The notes beneath the pieces were generated by a model. That model was not told the origin of the DNA. It made no database searches and saw nothing but the letters and a program-made list of their open reading frames with translations. From positions 106,912 to 170,911 of the forward strand of contig MFOC01000002.1 of assembly GCA_001782235.1 (NCBI GenBank): a stretch of 64,000 nucleotides of DNA, given 5' to 3'. The number at the start of each line of letters is the position of its first letter. Position 1 is the stretch's first letter. The position numbers and the translations under genes were made by a program. This document shows positions 38,000-47,229 of the stretch, one piece after another. The DNA is from Candidatus Levybacteria bacterium RIFCSPHIGHO2_02_FULL_40_18 (GTDB taxonomy: Bacteria > Patescibacteriota > Microgenomatia > Levybacterales > GWA1-39-11).

Positions 38000-40252
38000 T
38001 TAAAATAATGTATCATAAAAAACAACTCTGTGTTTTCCTTTTGGAATAAATACCCCTCGAAATGCATAGTTAGTTTTGTATATTTTAGTATTCGAACCAT
38101 CCACTTCTGCTTTCCAGCTTGGGTAAAATGTATCGCTTAACACAAGAAATCCCTCTCCGCTATTTTCAGTCTCAATCTCTACTCTATTCTCATTATAACC
38201 AGTTACTTTGGCCTCCCCTTTTGTAAGACGAACATTCTTAATTTCCTCACTTTCAACATAAGCCGTTTCATGAAGATTATCTTTAAACAAACCCTGTATT
38301 GTGGTTGTTTTATTGCCCGATCGTATTAGGCGCTCAACAAAAAAAACTCTTGGGAAAGCATTCGCATTTTCATAAATCCTGGTTTGACCCTCTTGAAATA
38401 CCTTTTGAAATTTATTTGAATTAATATCTGAGAGTGACAGTACGTACTTTACATTCAGAAGATCAATAATATTAGAATCCAAATTATGAGGAGTTATGAT
38501 TCTATTAAATCCAAAAGGCATGTGAATGCTATGATCTTCCCGTTCCGATGCTGCAATAAGCTCAGCATATGATAAAAGATATAATGGATCATATCCTTCA
38601 ATAGATTGGATCTTATAGTAGGTTGAGAAATTTGGCGGGAAGATTCTTGAGTCATTTGATGCAATTCTAAATATACTTTTATCTTTTTGTAAAAACTCTA
38701 TTGCCGAAGTTTGCGGATAATAATACTCTTGAGGCGTGAATGATGTGAACTTTCCTCCAAAGCGATAAAGGTCATAAAATGAGAGAGCAAGAAGTAAAAA
38801 GATTAATAGCGTTCTTGCCATCGTTTCTTTAACAAAAATTATTCCTAAAATAAGAAGCATACCGCCTGCTAAGATGCCGCTTGGGAATATAAGATTTCTT
38901 TTTGCCACTGCCAAATTTTCCGATGTAATACCTAAATCTATTTTTGAAAAAACAACCGCCCATGCCACAAAAAATAAAGTAATGAATATGATTCCAAGTC
39001 CGATTAGCGCCTTCCGATTTATTTTTTTATCCATGATTAAGTAATCGAAACCAAAGGCTGAAAGAACAGAAAGAGAAAATGTAATAAGCAATATTAATCT
39101 TGTTGGTTGGGCTGATGATAAAAATGGAATTGACAGATCAAAAGGAAGTTTTGCTAAGAATGTGGGAAGAGAAAAGAGAAGCGAAACAATAATTGCCCCG
39201 GTAAAAAATACAACCTCTCTTGCTCTTCTTAAGAAGATCGAACAAAATGCCAGGAATAATCCTACTATCCCAATATACCCTACAAACTCGGCATAGTTCC
39301 ATACTCCCCAATAATTAAGCGTTGCTGGATTGCCAAAAAAGTCAGGCGCAATAAACTGGACAAGGTGTTGCCAGGGAATAAACCACCCCTCAGCTGTTAG
39401 GGGATTTTGATCAGTCGAGCGAGCAGAAAGATTTATGAATTGAAGAGCGGGAATCCACTGAACCGCTGTCGCGATAGCAAATAGTAAAAAGTAAATTGTA
39501 AATAGAACTGCAGTTCGAAATTTCCTGCCGTGTTCTAACCAGCGAAAAACAAGGTAGGCAATCGAAACAATAAATACATAAAAGAATATTTGGAGATGTC
39601 CTGCGAAAAATGAAGAAACTAACGAAAACAAAAACACCAACCCCCATTTGAAATTTGAAATTTTCTGGGACATTATTTTATCTATCGAAAGAAGAATTAA
39701 GGGTAACCATAATGCTACGTGGCCAATATTTCCCCATTCAAGCCAAGCTATCGAAAAACCTCCAAAAGCAAAAGTGATTGCACCAAAAAGACATGCCCGG
39801 ACATCAAGTTTTAAATTTTTTAAAAAGGCAAATGTAAAAATGCCGCTCAATAACGGCGCAATTATTATAAAAATTGTCCATGAAATAAAGTAAGGTTTTA
39901 TAAGTAATAATAAATTGAGAGGATAGAATATTCCCGATTGAAAATTTGCCAATAAGGGCTTTCCCGCCATTTCATATGGATTCCACAAGGGAAGCGTAAG
40001 GTTTGAAAGATTATCAATTGCAAGCATTTTCCAGGGAATAATCTGGCGGACAGGATCAGTTATTAAGAAATTTTTGAACGGGACTCCTTGGGGACTTACT
40101 TTGGCATAATAATCAAGATACGGATGGTATAGCCCGACAATAGTGTCAGATGGAATTGGCAAAAGACCTTTCAAAAAAAACTGCCAAAAGAAAACGACAA
40201 CAATTAAAACTATGATGATTTGAGGCCAAAGTTTTTTAATAAATTCAATCAT
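38000..40252 (-). CDS. YfhO-family GT-C membrane glycosyltransferase
   Basis: 750 aa; LPLWNPYEMAGKPLLANFQSGIFYPL and C-terminal SDTFYPSWKAEVDG...NYAFRGVFIP. Confidence 0.65.
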   Translation of the reverse strand: MIEFIKKLWPQIIIVLIVVVFFWQFFLKGLLPIPSDTIVGLYHPYLDYYAKVSPQGVPFKNFLITDPVRQIIPWKMLAIDNLSNLTLPLWNPYEMAGKPLLANFQSGIFYPLNLLLLIKPYFISWTIFIIIAPLLSGIFTFAFLKNLKLDVRACLFGAITFAFGGFSIAWLEWGNIGHVALWLPLILLSIDKIMSQKISNFKWGLVFLFSLVSSFFAGHLQIFFYVFIVSIAYLVFRWLEHGRKFRTAVLFTIYFLLFAIATAVQWIPALQFINLSARSTDQNPLTAEGWFIPWQHLVQFIAPDFFGNPATLNYWGVWNYAEFVGYIGIVGLFLAFCSIFLRRAREVVFFTGAIIVSLLFSLPTFLAKLPFDLSIPFLSSAQPTRLILLITFSLSVLSAFGFDYLIMDKKINRKALIGLGIIFITLFFVAWAVVFSKIDLGITSENLAVAKRNLIFPSGILAGGMLLILGIIFVKETMARTLLIFLLLALSFYDLYRFGGKFTSFTPQEYYYPQTSAIEFLQKDKSIFRIASNDSRIFPPNFSTYYKIQSIEGYDPLYLLSYAELIAASEREDHSIHMPFGFNRIITPHNLDSNIIDLLNVKYVLSLSDINSNKFQKVFQEGQTRIYENANAFPRVFFVERLIRSGNKTTTIQGLFKDNLHETAYVESEEIKNVRLTKGEAKVTGYNENRVEIETENSGEGFLVLSDTFYPSWKAEVDGSNTKIYKTNYAFRGVFIPKGKHRVVFYDTLF

Positions 40253-40264
40253 GTCAGTTGTCAG

Positions 40265-40302
40265 CCCGCCCCGCTTCGCGGAGCGAGGCCGGGGTTGTTA
40301 GT
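40265..40302. other. GC-rich imperfect palindrome (candidate hairpin/terminator) flanked by 12-13 bp direct repeats
   Basis: CCCCG...CGGGG stem with an inner GCTTCGCGGAGC near-palindrome. TGTCAGTTGTCA is repeated at 40252-40264 and 40303-40315. Confidence 0.5.
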
Positions 40303-40311
40303 TGTCAGTTG

Positions 40312-41382
40312 TCAACTTTCAATCATCTTTTTGATCTCCTCATAAAATCTTTTTCCCTCAAAATCTCTTGCGCGTTTTACTCCTTCACCTGACATACTCT
40401 CAAAAATCTTATTTTCTCTTGCAAGTAATAAAGTTTTCTCCGCAAGTTCATTCAATGTATTCCATAAAAACCCGTTGATATTGTCTTCAACGATCTCCTT
40501 TTGTCCACCGGCATTAAATACAACGGGAACCGCTCCGCCCCCCATTGCCTCAACTGTTGAAATTCCAAAATGCTCGGCAAATTCAGGATGTTCCCCTAGG
40601 TCCTCACCAAAGCCTGATGCATGCCAGTATATTTTCGCAATCGAATACGCTTCCCAAAGCTCGTCATTGGTTTTGTTTATTAAAAATTCGATCGGGTAGT
40701 TTCTTATGCTTTTGACAAGCGCCTCGAATTCATTTTTATCCTCATCCTTAACGCTTACCGCAAGAACGAATTTCCAGTTTGGTATTTTTTTTGCCATTTT
40801 TTTAAAAGCATCTATCATAACATACTGCTTTTTATAGTCTTTCACTCCAACCGTAACATCCATCACTCTAAACCTTCCTACGTGAAGTATTATGTTCTCT
40901 TTTTTAACTTTTTTGGGGTGAAGATCAACCGGAGGATAAATAACTAAACTGTCAATTCCAAGCTGTTTATCTATGAAGCTCTTTGTAAAGTAGGAGTTAC
41001 AGAAAACTTTACTCACGCGCGACAGCTTAAGTTTATTTTTTAAGCCTCTTCCCGCACCTCTTATAGGGCGTTGAATATGCATAAATAGTTTTTTGGAAAG
41101 AGAAAAAGGAATGCTGCCGTCAGACAAAACAATTATTGCATCATAGTTTTTTGTTCCCATCAACCTTTTAAAGAAACTAACATTTGGCGAAAAAAGGTTT
41201 GCGGCAATTTTCACATTTGATAAATTGACAGAAAATCTAACTTTTGCCGTCTCAAGATCCTTTTTGTTATTCCAGAAGACTGTAACATCATTCCCCTCCG
41301 ACAAACATTCGGCCATTTTGAGCATGTATTTTTCCCCACCGCCAACATCATCCAAGTACGGATCATATATTCCAATCTTCAT
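40312..41382 (-). CDS. GT4-family glycosyltransferase
   Basis: FGISTVEAMGGGAVPVVFNAGGQKEIVEDNINGFLW. Confidence 0.7.
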   Translation of the reverse strand: MKIGIYDPYLDDVGGGEKYMLKMAECLSEGNDVTVFWNNKKDLETAKVRFSVNLSNVKIAANLFSPNVSFFKRLMGTKNYDAIIVLSDGSIPFSLSKKLFMHIQRPIRGAGRGLKNKLKLSRVSKVFCNSYFTKSFIDKQLGIDSLVIYPPVDLHPKKVKKENIILHVGRFRVMDVTVGVKDYKKQYVMIDAFKKMAKKIPNWKFVLAVSVKDEDKNEFEALVKSIRNYPIEFLINKTNDELWEAYSIAKIYWHASGFGEDLGEHPEFAEHFGISTVEAMGGGAVPVVFNAGGQKEIVEDNINGFLWNTLNELAEKTLLLARENKIFESMSGEGVKRARDFEGKRFYEEIKKMIES

Positions 41383-41557
41383 AGAAAATGGTTATAAGAA
41401 ATTAGAAATTGGTAATAGAAATTGATTTTCCATTCTCTAACAACTAACTTCCATTTTAACAGCTATTGACCCCGTTAGAAAGAGCTTGCGTAATTCTCTT
41501 TCTCAAATTTTCTAAAACGGGGTTGATTCCTATTTAAAGCTGTGGTAGAGTAGCATT

Positions 41558-41785
41558 GTGGATCCAAATATTGTAGGCTCACCGATTTTATTGATTGTAC
41601 TCTATATATGGTCCTTAATTGCAAAGGGAATAGCATTATGGAGAGCAGCAAATTTAAAACAGCGGAATTGGTTTATCGCAATTTTAGTATTAAATACCTT
41701 AGGCGTTCTTGACCTTGTCTATTTATTTAAATTCGCCGAAAAGAAACTAACCTTCAAAGAAATCCGCTCCTGGGTCGGCAAGTAG
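41558..41785 (+). CDS. small two-TM membrane protein (GTG start)
   Basis: 75 aa with two hydrophobic helices separated by LWRAANLKQRNWF. GTG start and no strong SD. Confidence 0.4.
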   Translation: MDPNIVGSPILLIVLYIWSLIAKGIALWRAANLKQRNWFIAILVLNTLGVLDLVYLFKFAEKKLTFKEIRSWVGK

Positions 41786-42619
41786 CTATTTTTCGGCACC
41801 CACGCCTGTCCGCTTCGCTTGCAGGCGAGCTCCCTCACTTCGTTCAATCCGCTCCCAGAGTTTTACGTAGGTTACGAACATTGAGAAGGCTTGATAAATA
41901 GACTCAATCAACCCCGCAGTGCCATTTTTGTATCCTTTTTCTGAGATATACGAACGCAAAAATCCGGTTATCATTACTCTAAAAAACCTAAAAACATTCA
42001 TTTTTGGGTGATTCGCTTTTGACCGAAGGTCTGCCTCAAACTCTGACCATTCATTAGTTTTTACCACCATTTGCTCCAAGTTTCGATGAGTGTAATGAAG
42101 AATTGATTCGCTTATTGTTTCTAAACGACCTTCGAATTCCGGCGTTTCGTGCACTACCCCATGCCACCCTTTTAATTTATCTTTACGAAATACACGTTCA
42201 ACCTTATCAGTAAATCCCCAATCTTTACCTAAATAAAAGGTCTTTCTCCTAATCCGGAAGCCCCCAATATCTTTATCCTGAGCGGACTTGTCCTGAGCTC
42301 TGTCGAAGGAGTCGAAGAGCCCAACCGCCCTAATTCGATTCTTTACTTCCGAAATAAACGCTGGTGTCGCTCTTTCATCCGAATCAATGTAAAAAACCCA
42401 ATCGCCTTTGGCCAAAGACAAAGCTAAGTTTCTTTGATCTGAAAAATTCTTAAAGGGATTTCTTACAACCTTTGCTCCTAGTTTTTCCGAGATTTCAACC
42501 GTGTTATCTTCCGAACCTCCGTCAACAACTATGATCTCATCCGCCAAATCCTTGACAGACTTTATACAATCTCCGATTACATCCCCATCATTTTTAGTAA
42601 TTATCAAAACCGAAATCAT
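41786..42619 (-). CDS. GT2-family glycosyltransferase, paralog of 17924 and 57774
   Basis: MISVLIITKNDGDVIGDCIKSV...DEIIVVDGGSEDNT. Confidence 0.7.
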   Translation of the reverse strand: MISVLIITKNDGDVIGDCIKSVKDLADEIIVVDGGSEDNTVEISEKLGAKVVRNPFKNFSDQRNLALSLAKGDWVFYIDSDERATPAFISEVKNRIRAVGLFDSFDRAQDKSAQDKDIGGFRIRRKTFYLGKDWGFTDKVERVFRKDKLKGWHGVVHETPEFEGRLETISESILHYTHRNLEQMVVKTNEWSEFEADLRSKANHPKMNVFRFFRVMITGFLRSYISEKGYKNGTAGLIESIYQAFSMFVTYVKLWERIERSEGARLQAKRTGVGAEK

Positions 42620-42622
42620 AAT

Positions 42623-44944
42623 TTATCTTTTCCTTAAATATAATATCATTCCCCCAATCCCTAACAGCCCCAACAGCCCTAATGCCGTACCTATTCTAAA
42701 ACTATCCGGCTCATAAGTAAACCTAACCAGATGTCTTCCGACAGGAACCACAATCCCGCGAAATGCGTAGTTGGTTCGATAGATATTAGTCGGCGAACCA
42801 TCCACAAACGCTTTCCACCCGGGATAAAAAGGGTCGCTTAAAACCAATAGCGCTGCGCCGCTTGAGGAGGCTTCAATTATTATCTCGTTTGGTTTATAAC
42901 TCTTGATAGCCGTCTCTCCGCGGACCTCACTTGAAATTTCCTGATCAATATTCTCTTCAAGAAACGCCTCTTCTTTTAAATTCGAATCATTATCAAACAT
43001 CATGCTCAAAAGCTTTTGGCTTGAGCTTTCAACTCTATACTTCCCTACCACAAAGGAACGCGGAAACACTTTTTGGTTCTGATAGACCTCATATGACGCA
43101 TCTTTATAAACGGGCGTAAAGTAATCAACGGGATATTCCCAAAACGGATATGCCCAAGCATATCTCCCGTCGGCAATCTTATGAATTATGTATTTTACTC
43201 CCAGGAAATTCAGAATGTTTTGCGTATTGTCTCCTCTTTTGGGAAAAACAACGCCGGACCGCTGAGCTTTATGAAACTTCCCATCAGATGCTGTGGCAAT
43301 AAATTCTCCATATCGGGAAATATACAAGGGATCATAACCTTCAATATATGAGGCTTTATAAGTATTTGCAACTTCCGCGCCAAAATTTCCAAAGATTCTG
43401 TCATAGGGTTTAATCGTTGACAAGAACTTAGAAATAGGAAGCTCAGGATAAACAAATTTACGAGGCTCAAATGGCTGCCATTTTATTGCAAATCTTAGAA
43501 GATCAAAAGCTACTATCAAAATTAAGAAGATTGGTAAGGCGCTGATGAATTTTTTATTTCGAACAAAAATCGCCGATACGGCTATAGCTATCATCGATCC
43601 AAAGATCAAAGTGGGAAGTCTTAAGTTTGAGAAGGAGATCCTAACTTTGTCTTCCGGAATAAATAACTTTAATAAAACTATTCCCCAAAGAAGTACAAAG
43701 ATTGCTCCAAAAATCAAAAACAAAACTACGAGAGGCTTAAAATTTCTTTTTTTAATATCTTCGATTATTTTTTCGAACCCAAACCCCGATAGCACCGCAA
43801 AACAAAAACTTGTGATAACTATTATTCTTGATGCTGCGCTTGTTGAAAGTACCGGAACTTTGAGGTTAATCAAAAGATCCAACAAGGGACCTCTGAACGC
43901 AAGGAGGATCGAAATTATTGCTACCGAAAAAAAGAAAAGAATTATTCCTCGAGATTTCTTCTGTGTCAGCGCGTAGAAACCGAGAATTAAAGGAATTAAT
44001 CCGATATATCCATTCCACTCCGCATAATGCCCGAGCCAATTATTGCGGGTCACGGGATTTCCATAAAAATCCGGCGCAATAAGCGTTGGTAGATAAGACC
44101 AGGGAATTATTTCGACTGCAGAAAATATTTCGCTCCGAACAGAATTTAAATATAATTCGATCGAAGGAAGAATTTGGGGACTCGATATCAAAAGCCCAAA
44201 TATTATCGATGAAAGATTTAAGATGTAAGATTTAAGATTTTTTGTAACTACTAATTTGAACGTCGTGTAGAAAAAAATGAACAATAGAAAGTAGAGGCTG
44301 GTTTGGAAGTGGCCGCTGAAAAAGGACAAAGGGATTGTAGCTGATAATAAAAGGGCATATTGCCATTTTTTTGTTTCGAAAAATTTTTCCACGGCAAAAA
44401 GTGATAAAGGCAGGAATAAAATAGCGTATCCCAACGTCTGATAGCTCATCCATGTTGTTATGAATCCTGCGAACATGAAGGCAATGGATGAGACTATTGC
44501 TCCGAATTCGCTCAGTTTTAATGTTCGAATATATAAGTACGTAAACAGTCCTGCCAAAAGAGATTGAAGCAAAACCGCAATGCTCCACGCGTCAATAAAA
44601 GGAAGAATGAGATACAAAAGATTTAGCGGCGAAAGTGCGGCCGACTGATAATTGGCAAGAAGTGGAGTTCCGGAGAAACTATAGGGATTCCACAAAGGGA
44701 TTGAACCTTGTTTCCAAAAATCAATGACAAGATTTTTCCAGGGGTAGATTTGGGTAATTACATCAGGAGTTGCGCCATTTTTGTAGGGTCCTGCAAAATC
44801 GGGCACTGCGTTCCAAGGCGCAAAAAAATTCACAAGATACCCTGACGGAAAAGGAACCTTGCCGAAAATAAAATAAGGGTGGGCAAAAACTAACCAAACC
44901 CCAACAATAAAAATTATCGGCCAATACTTCAAAGCTAGTTTCAT
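42623..44944 (-). CDS. YfhO-family GT-C membrane glycosyltransferase
   Basis: 773 aa; IPLWNPYSFSGTPLLANYQSAALSPL and C-terminal SDPFYPGWKAFVDG...NYAFRGIVVP. Confidence 0.65.
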   Translation of the reverse strand: MKLALKYWPIIFIVGVWLVFAHPYFIFGKVPFPSGYLVNFFAPWNAVPDFAGPYKNGATPDVITQIYPWKNLVIDFWKQGSIPLWNPYSFSGTPLLANYQSAALSPLNLLYLILPFIDAWSIAVLLQSLLAGLFTYLYIRTLKLSEFGAIVSSIAFMFAGFITTWMSYQTLGYAILFLPLSLFAVEKFFETKKWQYALLLSATIPLSFFSGHFQTSLYFLLFIFFYTTFKLVVTKNLKSYILNLSSIIFGLLISSPQILPSIELYLNSVRSEIFSAVEIIPWSYLPTLIAPDFYGNPVTRNNWLGHYAEWNGYIGLIPLILGFYALTQKKSRGIILFFFSVAIISILLAFRGPLLDLLINLKVPVLSTSAASRIIVITSFCFAVLSGFGFEKIIEDIKKRNFKPLVVLFLIFGAIFVLLWGIVLLKLFIPEDKVRISFSNLRLPTLIFGSMIAIAVSAIFVRNKKFISALPIFLILIVAFDLLRFAIKWQPFEPRKFVYPELPISKFLSTIKPYDRIFGNFGAEVANTYKASYIEGYDPLYISRYGEFIATASDGKFHKAQRSGVVFPKRGDNTQNILNFLGVKYIIHKIADGRYAWAYPFWEYPVDYFTPVYKDASYEVYQNQKVFPRSFVVGKYRVESSSQKLLSMMFDNDSNLKEEAFLEENIDQEISSEVRGETAIKSYKPNEIIIEASSSGAALLVLSDPFYPGWKAFVDGSPTNIYRTNYAFRGIVVPVGRHLVRFTYEPDSFRIGTALGLLGLLGIGGMILYLRKR

Positions 44945-46626
44945 TTTTGGGACAATTTATATGTTTTAAACAAGGTTCCAATCACCAGCACGAATGACGC
45001 TAATGAAATATAATTCGCGACTGTTCTTGTCCTTGTTTCATGAAACTCTACATCTATAATATGTTTTCCTCCCGGCACATAGAAAGTCATGAGCCCCCTG
45101 TGGAGAGGATCCTGAAACTGAACACCGTCATACCTTTCTCCATCAATATATACCCTCCAGCCGGGAAAATACAATGTATTTTCCCTGATTCGGCTTTTGT
45201 ATGTTGATTCAATCTCATATCTACGGCGTGTTGAAGTTCGGAAGACCTCCCGAATCGTGGCCTCTCCTCTAATTACCTCCGCATGCGCCCCGGCTCGCTT
45301 TTCCATGAACCGAACAGACCAAATGGGCGAGCTTTCTCCAGTATCTGTTGTGCTGTTATAAATACCCGTATAAAAAGATTCGGGCTTTTGAAGATAATCT
45401 TTTGCCTTCCAATAATCGCGAGTTAGGACAAATGTCGATACTAAAACCACAACCAAAATCGCTTTTCGAATATCCTCGTTTTTAAAGAGATGAACGAACA
45501 ATCCTCCCAAAATTGCTGCTGTAAAAACAGAAACAGACAAAAATCTCCAGGGAAACTGGAATTTTTGAAGAGTAGTAATTGTCCTCCAGATAAAATCTGA
45601 TTCTTTCAGCATTAAGAAGAGCGAAGCTATGAAAATTATAAAAACAATCAAATAAAACGCAAGTAATTTTCTGTCTTTTCGAAATAAACTTGGAGCCAAT
45701 AGCAAAGAGCCAAGAGCCAACAGCCACTGCATAATTCCCACCTGAACGGTAAACTGTCCGCTTATCCCATAACTCCATGGACCATAGAACAATTGGTCAA
45801 GACGAACAAACCGAGAAAAATATTCGGTGCTCGCAACAATATCCCTTAGTGTATACTTACCCTCCGCAAATGCAGGGTACAGAAAGAAGAATGACATTCC
45901 CAAACCCAAACTAGCTAATAGCAAATAGCTAATAGCTAATAGCCTTTTATTTTTTGAATTAAAAACGAGATATATCGCGTAAATAATAACAAATGGTAGA
46001 AACATTAGAAGGAGTGCGTTATGAGAAAGGATTAGCCCGGCAAGAGAAAGAGAAGTTCCTGCAAAGTAAAATCGATTCAAAACACCCCCGAGGTGAGTGT
46101 TTTTGCTCCTCGGGGGTGGGGCCTGTGAAAGTTTCAAAAGAAAGTAACAGATCAGGGGTGGAAAAATGAATGCTACATGTTCGCCGATTGCTCCCCTCAC
46201 ATAAAGATCGACAAATCTATAGGGTGCAAAATTATAAAGAATCGCGCCAGTCATTGCAGGTATTTCACCTAAAAACTCTCGAAGCCATAAATACATAGCA
46301 ACTCCGCTTGCGATAAAGGCAAGAGCGAACACAAGCTTTGTCGAATCAACAAGTGAAAATCCTAAGAAATGAAATAAGGAAGCAGCGTAAGAAGGCAAAG
46401 GGTAGAGAAACATCAAGATCGGATGACCGTATCCCCAGTTAAGATTCGCAGCCCACCTTGGAATAAGATTCCCCTCCGAAAGATTCTGGTAGAAATTAGC
46501 GATTCTTGCAACATGATCCTGCCCATCATGCGTCAGGGGTAATCCCGAATGCATTAGGGCGGTTAGGGGTATTAGGGAAATCAGAAAAACGAAAATAAAA
46601 CCCCACCATTTTTGATAAATCCTCAT
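44941..46626 (-). CDS. HDGxxH...PRW-family polytopic membrane protein (paralog)
   Basis: LTHDGQDHVARI...PRWAANLNWGYGHPILMFLYPLPSY and C-terminal TLYFPGWRVYIDG. Confidence 0.5.
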   Translation of the reverse strand: MRIYQKWWGFIFVFLISLIPLTALMHSGLPLTHDGQDHVARIANFYQNLSEGNLIPRWAANLNWGYGHPILMFLYPLPSYAASLFHFLGFSLVDSTKLVFALAFIASGVAMYLWLREFLGEIPAMTGAILYNFAPYRFVDLYVRGAIGEHVAFIFPPLICYFLLKLSQAPPPRSKNTHLGGVLNRFYFAGTSLSLAGLILSHNALLLMFLPFVIIYAIYLVFNSKNKRLLAISYLLLASLGLGMSFFFLYPAFAEGKYTLRDIVASTEYFSRFVRLDQLFYGPWSYGISGQFTVQVGIMQWLLALGSLLLAPSLFRKDRKLLAFYLIVFIIFIASLFLMLKESDFIWRTITTLQKFQFPWRFLSVSVFTAAILGGLFVHLFKNEDIRKAILVVVLVSTFVLTRDYWKAKDYLQKPESFYTGIYNSTTDTGESSPIWSVRFMEKRAGAHAEVIRGEATIREVFRTSTRRRYEIESTYKSRIRENTLYFPGWRVYIDGERYDGVQFQDPLHRGLMTFYVPGGKHIIDVEFHETRTRTVANYISLASFVLVIGTLFKTYKLSQK

Positions 46627-46644
46627 ATCTAAAATTATACACCG

Positions 46645-47229
46645 CTATTTTTGTCTATTGTAGAGGCCGATGAGTTGGGTATGGGCGAGGATATGGTCTC
46701 CCATTGCGCGCTCAAGCTCCCCTTTTGTGGCTGATTTGTCAAGAGAAAGCTCTGTATCAAGTGCGTAAAGTTTGAAAAAGTAGCGATGTTCCCGGTCCGG
46801 CGGACACGGACCTCCGTATCCCGGCTTCCCAAAACTTGTATGCCCCTCAACTGCCCCTTCAAATTTGCTATTCTCGTCAACGCCTTCTGTTTTTGGATCA
46901 ATATTCCAAACCGTCCAATGAACCCATGTTCCTGCCGGTGCGTCCGGATCATCCATAACGAGCGCCAAGCTTTTTGCATCTGACGGAATATCTGAAAAGC
47001 TAAGCGGCGGATTAATATTTTCCCCATCGCAGGTGTATTTGACAGGAATTGTTTCATTATTGTTAAACGCGGAGCTCTGAATTTTCATAACTTGCTTAAT
47101 TTCACTACCTGGCTTTCGACCTGATAATATCACAGACCCGGCAATCGCGACAACCGCCAAAACTATAACGACAGAAAGCTTCTTCACCCCACTATTATAT
47201 ACTAACAACGCACTTCCACTCTGCCTCAT
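46645..47229 (-). CDS. YbhB/YbcL-family PEBP (Raf kinase inhibitor-like) protein with an N-terminal signal/lipoprotein-like segment
   Basis: DDPDAPAGTWVHW and GYGGPCPPDREHRYFFKLYALD motifs. Confidence 0.8.
   Translation of the reverse strand: MRQSGSALLVYNSGVKKLSVVIVLAVVAIAGSVILSGRKPGSEIKQVMKIQSSAFNNNETIPVKYTCDGENINPPLSFSDIPSDAKSLALVMDDPDAPAGTWVHWTVWNIDPKTEGVDENSKFEGAVEGHTSFGKPGYGGPCPPDREHRYFFKLYALDTELSLDKSATKGELERAMGDHILAHTQLIGLYNRQK

Noticed and set aside
45700-45950. AGCTAATAGC / AGCCAAGAGCC repeats (also 22190-22215, 24270-24300, 27975-28010)
   Set aside because: Low-complexity codon runs for hydrophobic Leu/Ala/Ile/Ser TM segments (e.g. LLAISYLLLASLG) on the coding strand of membrane proteins.
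46635-47057. 140-aa minus-strand ORF overlapping the PEBP gene in another frame
   Set aside because: It is entirely inside 46645..47229, which has strong PEBP motifs; an alternative-frame artefact.
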